Shown one piece after another: positions 32,137 to 37,188 of a DNA stretch of 37,188 nt. The DNA lies in assembly GCA_964526545.1 (NCBI GenBank), contig CAZGLN010000002.1:1-37188 (forward strand). The letters are read 5' to 3'. Each line of letters opens with the position of its first letter. Within the stretch, counting starts at the first letter, position 1. The notes beneath the pieces were generated by a model, which worked only from the letters and a program-made list of their open reading frames with translations, was not told where the DNA came from and did not search any database. The position numbers were made by a program, and so were the translations under genes. The DNA is from an uncultured Chthonomonadales bacterium (lineage in GTDB: Bacteria > Armatimonadota > Chthonomonadetes > Chthonomonadales > CAJBBX01).

Positions 32137-33570
32137 CTATTCGTCCTCGCCGTGATCTTCCTTGGCCCGAAGCGCATCACCGATGGTAAATCGGGGCTCC
32201 TCGCGCTCCGGCCGCGTCTGGTACTCCTCCACCACCTGCCTCTCGCGCCGCGTCTCCTCCTCGCGCTGCAGATGCCGGATGGAGAGGGTCATCTTTCTCT
32301 CGTCGGGCCGAAGTTCGGTGATCTTGGCCTCCACTTTCGATCCCGGCCGCAAAGCCTCACCCTTGCCCTTTCGGGTACCCATTTCGGCATTGGGCACGAT
32401 GCCCTCGATGCCCTCGGGCAACTGAACGAACGCCCCGAACGGAACAATCCGCGAGACCACGCAATCCACTACGTCGCCAACGTGGTAGTGCTCGCCGATG
32501 CCCGCCCACGGGTCCGGAAGTATCTGCCGCATGCCCAGGCTGATGCGCCCGGCATTCAGATCCATCTTCAGGATGACGACCTCGATCTCCTGGCCCTCCC
32601 GCAGGACCTCCTGCGGATGGTTGATGCGCGTCCAGGACATCTCGGAGATGTGGAGCAGCCCATCAATGCCGCCAAGATCCACGAAGGCGCCGTAGTTGGT
32701 GAGGCGGCGCACCACGCCGCGCCTCTGCTGGCCCACCTCCAGGCTCGCGATGGTCTCGGCCTTGCGAGTCTGCCTGTCCTCATCGGCTGCGAGCTTATTG
32801 GAGAGCACCACCTTGCGGCGGTCCTTATCCACCTCAATCACCTTGAGCGGGATGGACTGCCCGACATACTTGTCAAGGTTCGTCTTCAGTGAGCCCGTGC
32901 CCACGTGCGATGCCGGCACAAACCCGCGAATACCCAGGTCCACCACCAGGCCGCCCTTCACGCGCTCCGTCACCATGGCGGTGATGGTCTTGCCCTGCTC
33001 CTTGGCCTCCAGCACGCGCTCCCAGGCCTTCTCGAAATCGGCGCGCTTCTTGCTGAGCAGCAGGCGGCCGTCCTGGCTATCGGCCTCCATGACGTATACA
33101 TCTATCTCATCGCCAACGGAGACCACGCTCTCGGCCTGCGCCGTTGCATCGCGCGAGAGCTCGCTGGAGCGCACCAGGCCTTCGGACTTGGCACCCACGT
33201 CCACCAGCACGCCCTCGCGGTCAATGTGCACCACCACGCCGCGCACCACGTCGCCCTCCGAAAGCCTCGGGAAGCTGGAAGCGTAGTCCGCGGCGGTCTC
33301 CATGCTCGGTTCCGGCTCCGCGCTTGGCGCGACCGGCTCCTCGGCAACCGGCTCGGTTGAACCGCCCTCGGCCTCCGCGGGCTCCTGGCTCTCGGCCGCG
33401 CTGGACTCTTCCGACGAGGAGACGGCGACGACTTCCTGCGGCCCCGTAACGCCAGTGTCCGGCACGGAAGCGGCCTGACCGGCCTCCTGAGCGGCGGCAG
33501 ACGCTTCGGCCTGTTCCGGCGCCCGCTCCTCCGCGGCGTCTTCGGTTGTTATCAGATTGTCGTCAGTCAT
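32137..33570 (-). CDS. rpsA: 30S ribosomal protein S1 (four S1 domains) with a ~95-aa acidic low-complexity N-terminal extension
   Basis: GAGAGGAG SD. Four S1 OB-fold units: GDVVRGVVVHIDREGVLVDVG..; ITAMVTERVKGGLVVDLG..; GQQRRGVVRRLTNYGAFVDLG..; GDVVDCVVSRIVPFGAFVQLP... Confidence 0.9.
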   Translation of the reverse strand: MTDDNLITTEDAAEERAPEQAEASAAAQEAGQAASVPDTGVTGPQEVVAVSSSEESSAAESQEPAEAEGGSTEPVAEEPVAPSAEPEPSMETAADYASSFPRLSEGDVVRGVVVHIDREGVLVDVGAKSEGLVRSSELSRDATAQAESVVSVGDEIDVYVMEADSQDGRLLLSKKRADFEKAWERVLEAKEQGKTITAMVTERVKGGLVVDLGIRGFVPASHVGTGSLKTNLDKYVGQSIPLKVIEVDKDRRKVVLSNKLAADEDRQTRKAETIASLEVGQQRRGVVRRLTNYGAFVDLGGIDGLLHISEMSWTRINHPQEVLREGQEIEVVILKMDLNAGRISLGMRQILPDPWAGIGEHYHVGDVVDCVVSRIVPFGAFVQLPEGIEGIVPNAEMGTRKGKGEALRPGSKVEAKITELRPDERKMTLSIRHLQREEETRRERQVVEEYQTRPEREEPRFTIGDALRAKEDHGEDE

Positions 33571-33788
33571 TGCTGCCGCTCCTCTCGCGGTTCAGGCCCT
33601 CTGTGCCTGCCAGAACCAGTATCGCCAACACGGCGTGGCCGCACTTACCGCGGCAGGCCGTTCCTCAACATTTGAGCGCAATATTGTACGCGAGAAAACT
33701 TGCATCGCGCCAGAAGGCGCCGCCCAAAATGCGTACAAAACTACGCGCCCATTACGCGCTTATCCTGCACCCGCGCCGCATCGCGCGT

Positions 33789-33818
33789 TTGACTTCCCCT
33801 GCTCGGCGGACGTATAAT
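33789..33818 (+). promoter_or_regulatory. Near-consensus sigma70-type promoter for tRNA-Leu
   Basis: TTGACT (33789-33794) - 18 nt - TATAAT (33813-33818). The mature tRNA 5' end lies 12 nt downstream of the -10 element. Confidence 0.6.
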
Positions 33819-33830
33819 CGTTGTCCAGAC

Positions 33831-33913
33831 GCCGGAGTGGTGGAATGGCAGACACGGGTGACTCAAAATCACTTGCGGGCAACCGCGTGGGGGTTCGAAT
33901 CCCTTCTCCGGCA
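33831..33913 (+). tRNA. tRNA-Leu (anticodon CAA), class II with a long variable arm; the 3' CCA is not encoded
   Basis: Acceptor stem GCCGGAG/CTCCGGC. D arm GTG-GAATGGCAGA-CAC. Anticodon arm GGTGA-CTCAAAA-TCACT. Variable arm GCGG-GCAA-CCGC. T arm GGGGG-TTCGAAT-CCCTT. Discriminator A is followed by CCC rather than CCA. Confidence 0.9.
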
Positions 33914-33930
33914 CCCTCCTAGGATAGCGA

Positions 33931-33956
33931 GCGGGCGGACCCAACGGCCCGCCCGC
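33931..33956. terminator. 8-bp GC hairpin between the convergent tRNA-Leu and rpsU genes (candidate bidirectional terminator)
   Basis: GCGGGCGG-N10-CCGCCCGC. No clear U-tract on either strand. Confidence 0.35.
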
Positions 33957-33992
33957 AATCCGTACACGGAAGCCGGATACGGCCCTGGCCTG

Positions 33993-34202
33993 CTAATCGC
34001 GCTCCTTCTCCTGAGCCTTCTTACGCGCGCGCTCGGCCTTACGAATGCTCGCCTTCAGCTCGCGTCGGCGCCTGTCGCTGGGCTTCTCGTAGCGCTCATG
34101 CATGCGGGCTTCCTTCGTAATCCCGCTGTTCATGACGGCCTTCTTAAAGCGCTTGAGCGCCACATCAATGGGCTCGCCTGGCTTTACTATCACCTGAACC
34201 AA
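33993..34202 (-). CDS. rpsU: 30S ribosomal protein S21
   Basis: TTG start. (M)VQVIVKPGEPIDVALKRFKKAVMNSGITKEARMHERYEKPSDRRRRE... is the canonical S21 sequence pattern. Confidence 0.9.
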   Translation of the reverse strand: MVQVIVKPGEPIDVALKRFKKAVMNSGITKEARMHERYEKPSDRRRRELKASIRKAERARKKAQEKERD

Positions 34203-34282
34203 AAGTCTCTCACCCCGCTTCCGGTGACGGGCTCGCTCCAGCCGACAACAAGGACTGTCGCATTCTGGATGCGGCAGGTGAT

Positions 34283-34311
34283 ATTATACACCGCCCGCCC
34301 GTCGCTGTCGA
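34283..34311 (-). promoter_or_regulatory. Sigma70-type promoter for rpsU
   Basis: On the minus strand: TCGACA (34311-34306) - 17 nt - TATAAT (34288-34283), preceded by TG (extended -10, TGTATAAT). It lies about 80 nt upstream of the rpsU start. Confidence 0.5.
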
Positions 34312-34387
34312 GACCCTCGAAAACTCCGCGCGGCGGCTTGATGATGAGGATGCGTGCGGCCGCGCAGCCGCGGAACAGGAGATTTCG

Positions 34388-35501
34388 ATGTCGAGCAGCA
34401 GTCTGCCGGCTCCCCGTGTGCTCCTAGGGCCGGGGCCCTCAAGCGTCTCACCCCGCGTGCTCGAAGCCATGGGCCGCGCCCCCATGGGTTATCTGGATCC
34501 AGAACTCTTCACGCTCCTCGAGGATCTGCAGCGAGACCTTCGCGCGGTGTTCGGCACCCGCCGCGACCCTCGCCCTCACGGGCACCGGCATGGCGGGCAT
34601 GGAGTCCTGCTTCGCCAACCTCGTGGAACCGGGCGATGCCGTCCTTATCGGAGTCCATGGTTTCTTTGGGCAGCGCATGGCGGAGATCGCCGCCCGCTAC
34701 GGCGCGGAGGTTACCGTGGTGGAGGCGGAGTGGGGCCAACCGCTGAATACGGACGAACTGGCCGCCGCCGCGAGCCGTATGCCGCGCCTCAAGGTACTGG
34801 CATGCGTCCATGCGGAGACATCCACGGGCGTGCTCCAGCCGCTGGAGGCGCTGGCCGAAATCGCGCGCCGGCAGGATGCCATCCTGGTGGTGGACGCGGT
34901 AACTTCGCTGGGCGGCCTGCCCGTAGAGATAGACGGCGTGGGTGTTGATGTGTGCTACTCCGCCACGCAGAAGTGCATGGGCTGCCCGCCCGGCCTCTCG
35001 CCCATCAGCATCGGTCCCCGCGCGATGGAGGCCGTGGCGGGTCGCAAGTCCCCCGTGCGGAGCTGGTATCTGGATTGGCGGCTGCTCCTGGACTACTGGG
35101 GCGGCGACCATACCTACCACCACACCGTGCCCGTCTCGCTGCTGATGGGCTTTCACGAGTCGCTCCGGCAGATTATGGAGGAGGGCCTCACCGCCCGGTG
35201 CGCCAGGCACAAGGCCGTGAGCGAAAGACTGATGGACGGGCTGATGGAATTGGGCCTCGCACCCTTCGCCTGCGAGGGCTACCGTCTCCCGACTCTGAAC
35301 GCGGTGACGGTGCCAGTGGGAGTGGATGAAGGGCGTATTCGCAGCCGTCTTCTGCGGGAGTATGGCGTGGAGATCGGCGGCGGCCTCGGCCGCCTGAAGG
35401 GCCGGATCTGGCGCATCGGAACCATGGGCGAGTCCGCCACGTTTCGAAACGTGGAGCTGCTCTTGGGCGCCTTGCGGCGTCTGCTCCAGGAGGAAATGTA
35501 A
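34388..35501 (+). CDS. Class-V (AGXT/serine-pyruvate type) PLP aminotransferase, interrupted by an apparent 1-nt frameshift near 34557-34560
   Basis: AGGAG SD before the ATG at 34388. Frame A gives MSSSSLPAPRVLLGPGPSSVSPRVLEAMGRAPMGYLDPELFTLLEDLQRDLRAVFGT and then Arg/Gly-rich junk. Frame B (303-aa ORF 34590..35501, open from 34425) continues ..ATLALTGTGMAGMESCFANLVEPGD...YSATQKCMGCPPGLSP (PLP lysine).... Confidence 0.8.
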
Positions 35502-35506
35502 CGAGA

Positions 35507-36262
35507 ATGTCAGATCCCTCTTCCGCGGCCAACAGAGGCTCCTCGGGACGAACCGCCTACGGCAGCGTTCTGCGCGAGCGCGGCACGCGGCGCATCGTCG
35601 TGGGCTTCCTGGTGCTGGCAGCCGCCTGGTGGGCCTACTCCACGTGGGACAACGCCCGCCTGATGAGCGTGAAGTGGCCCGAACTGCAGCCCGATCCCGC
35701 CGGTCTCACCGTGGTTGGCCTGCAGAACAAGGATCGGCCGGGCTTTCGTCACCGCTACATCGTTCAGGAAGCTGGGCGGGCCTGGCGCTTCCGCCTGCGT
35801 GATGATGATGACGCCGATCCGAACCCCTACGCGGATATCGGCTCGCCGACTTCCAAGACGCGCGATCGCGACGAGCCGGAACGCCCCGTGGCCGAGGCCG
35901 TGCGCTCGCGGGCCGGCACGCGCGGCGGCAGAATCGTTACGGTGGAGGAGATCGTCGCAAACTGCCCCACGGTGCTCACCACGCGCCACTTCTCGGGCGC
36001 TTCGCTCAGCGTGGGCTATGAGCCGCTCATTCAGAAGGAGTACTACAAGGTGGATATCGGCCTCACGCGCGAGGGCCGGTCGCGATACTACCAGTTCGCC
36101 ACGCAGCACATGGGGGAGCGGCTGGTCTTCGTGATCGGTAATCAGGCCATCACCTGCCCCGTCATCACGCAAGCCACCAACGTGGGCTCCTTCACCATCT
36201 CGCCGGTATGGACCAAGGCGGATGCCGAGAAGCTCGTCGAGGTGGTAACCCGAAAGAGGTAG
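35507..36262 (+). CDS. Membrane-anchored protein with a C-terminal SecD/SecF P1-head-like domain
   Basis: The ATG lies 5 nt after the aminotransferase stop. TM helix IVVGFLVLAAAWWAY. The C-terminus ...YYQFATQHMGERLVFVIGNQAITCPVITQATNVGSFTISPVWTKADAEKLVEVV follows the SecD head pattern F...T..n.G..lAivLD..v.saP.I...i.gG...I.g.f....A..La..L. Confidence 0.65.
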   Translation: MSDPSSAANRGSSGRTAYGSVLRERGTRRIVVGFLVLAAAWWAYSTWDNARLMSVKWPELQPDPAGLTVVGLQNKDRPGFRHRYIVQEAGRAWRFRLRDDDDADPNPYADIGSPTSKTRDRDEPERPVAEAVRSRAGTRGGRIVTVEEIVANCPTVLTTRHFSGASLSVGYEPLIQKEYYKVDIGLTREGRSRYYQFATQHMGERLVFVIGNQAITCPVITQATNVGSFTISPVWTKADAEKLVEVVTRKR

Positions 36263-36331
36263 TCCAAGGAAGAGCGCGGAGCGGCCAGCCCCTCGCCATT
36301 GAATGGCCGGCCGCCCCGGTCCCGGGGACAT

Positions 36332-37042
36332 CTAGCGGCTGTAGGTGATTCCCAGCGCGAACTGGTTGTTGATGCCTGGGCCGAAGTTGGCCACGCCCAC
36401 ATCCACGTTCACGCCCTTGCCGGCAAGATAGCGCACCGCAAGGTCCGTCCACGTGCGCCCCCCAATCTGCTCCTTGAACTCCGTGGCGAAGAGCAGGCGC
36501 GGGTTGGCAAAGACGGCCACAGAGCCCTCCCACTTGAGGCGGCGCCTATCGCCCACGCCAAACAGCGCCATGCCGCGCGACTTGGTGGAGCGGAGCCCGC
36601 CGCTTACGACCACGGGCGTGCCCCCCGGCTTGAGCACGGTCGTGGCGGTCAATCCGTAGTCGGTGGCGTCCGCGCCGCCGAGCAGGTCACGGTAGACCAG
36701 CCAGGCCGCAAGCGCTGGCCGATTTCCCTCGGCGGCTAGAAACTGCCACTTCGCATGCAGCAGATTCTGGTCGGCTACGCCCGTCACGTTGGTATTCACC
36801 CGGTTGAAGCCGACCTCGATCCCACCGCGCAGCCCGCCATTCACGCTGTAGGTCTTGATGGTTCCTAGCGACTCCAGATCAATGAAGTGGAAGGCAGCCT
36901 GGATGCTGCCAGCCGCGGTGGGAAATGCCAGTGCGTTCAAGAAGGCTCCGCCCTGGCCGTCCCAGTTGAGCTGGGCGGCGGAGGGCCGCGCGACGGAGGC
37001 CAGCACGAGTACGGCCAGGCTCAACATGCAGCGTCTTATCAT
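36332..37042 (-). CDS. Small secreted protein, putative outer-membrane beta-barrel (possibly DUF3034-like)
   Basis: Preferred start is the ATG at 37042 (GAGGAG SD 7 nt upstream; signal peptide MIRRCMLSLAVLVLASVARPSAAQ). Alternating hydrophobic beta-strand pattern throughout. The family name is a low-confidence recollection. Confidence 0.65.
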   Translation of the reverse strand: MIRRCMLSLAVLVLASVARPSAAQLNWDGQGGAFLNALAFPTAAGSIQAAFHFIDLESLGTIKTYSVNGGLRGGIEVGFNRVNTNVTGVADQNLLHAKWQFLAAEGNRPALAAWLVYRDLLGGADATDYGLTATTVLKPGGTPVVVSGGLRSTKSRGMALFGVGDRRRLKWEGSVAVFANPRLLFATEFKEQIGGRTWTDLAVRYLAGKGVNVDVGVANFGPGINNQFALGITYSR

Positions 37043-37188
37043 GCGTTTATCTCCTCGGTGGAATCGAGCCCGGCATGCCAGGTGGAAGGGCTGTCCGGGC
37101 GATGACAAATCGAAGGCAGAGGGGCGCCGCTTGCTAGCGGCCGCTACAGAGGCAGCAACAGCAGGGCGCCAGGTTGGCGCGCAGGCAG

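Noticed and set aside
33303-33305. Internal Met as the true rpsA start (which would remove the acidic extension)
   Set aside because: The upstream context is weak compared with the GAGAGGAG SD before 33570, and the extension keeps coding-like codon usage. It is not excluded without experimental data.
4030-33913. Genomic island integrated at tRNA-Leu
   Set aside because: rpsA and coaE lie between the tRNA and the locus. I saw no integrase, transposase or direct repeat of the tRNA 3' end, and by eye the locus has the same GC-rich character as the flanks. Composition was not computed.

Overview
GC-rich bacterial chromosomal segment; GC was not computed, and long Arg-rich antisense ORFs are everywhere, as expected at high GC. 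Envelope features look diderm: an LptD/OstA-like barrel ending in Phe and a TolB-like propeller. The taxon cannot be assigned from sequence alone.

Left flank (1-4 kb): the 3' end of an ACE/M3-like metallopeptidase gene, a NERD-like membrane protein, a small orphan ORF, a beta-carbonic anhydrase fused to zinc ribbons and a C-terminal TM anchor, and a DUF1054/YktB-like protein.

Core (about 4.0-31.3 kb): ten co-directional minus-strand genes downstream of rpsA-coaE, behind a near-consensus sigma70-type promoter. In transcription order they are:
- a ~1,899-aa TolB-propeller / CarboxypepD_reg protein split by a 1-nt frameshift
- a 638-aa CsgG/LpoB-like plus FN3-like membrane protein
- a 1,033-aa S8 subtilase
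- an ~883-aa protein with an unrecognisable N-terminal half
- a 2,616-aa protein made of tandem beta-sandwich repeats
- a 254-aa CsgG/LpoB-like paralog
- an LptD/OstA-like outer-membrane barrel with an Ig-like N-domain
- a 150-aa orphan, a Gly/Ser-repeat membrane protein and a 167-aa orphan

The main signal is that the four largest proteins, including the protease, share a ~330-450-aa C-terminal multi-domain cassette. It ends in a FlgD-Ig-like domain and a conserved terminal Arg. I read this as a candidate, apparently undescribed, surface-display or secretion-cargo system; T9SS-type cargo is the main alternative.

Right flank: coaE, rpsA, tRNA-Leu(CAA), rpsU, a class-V aminotransferase with a second 1-nt frameshift, a SecD-P1-head-like membrane protein and a small putative OM barrel.

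No CRISPR array, rRNA, transposase or integrase was seen.
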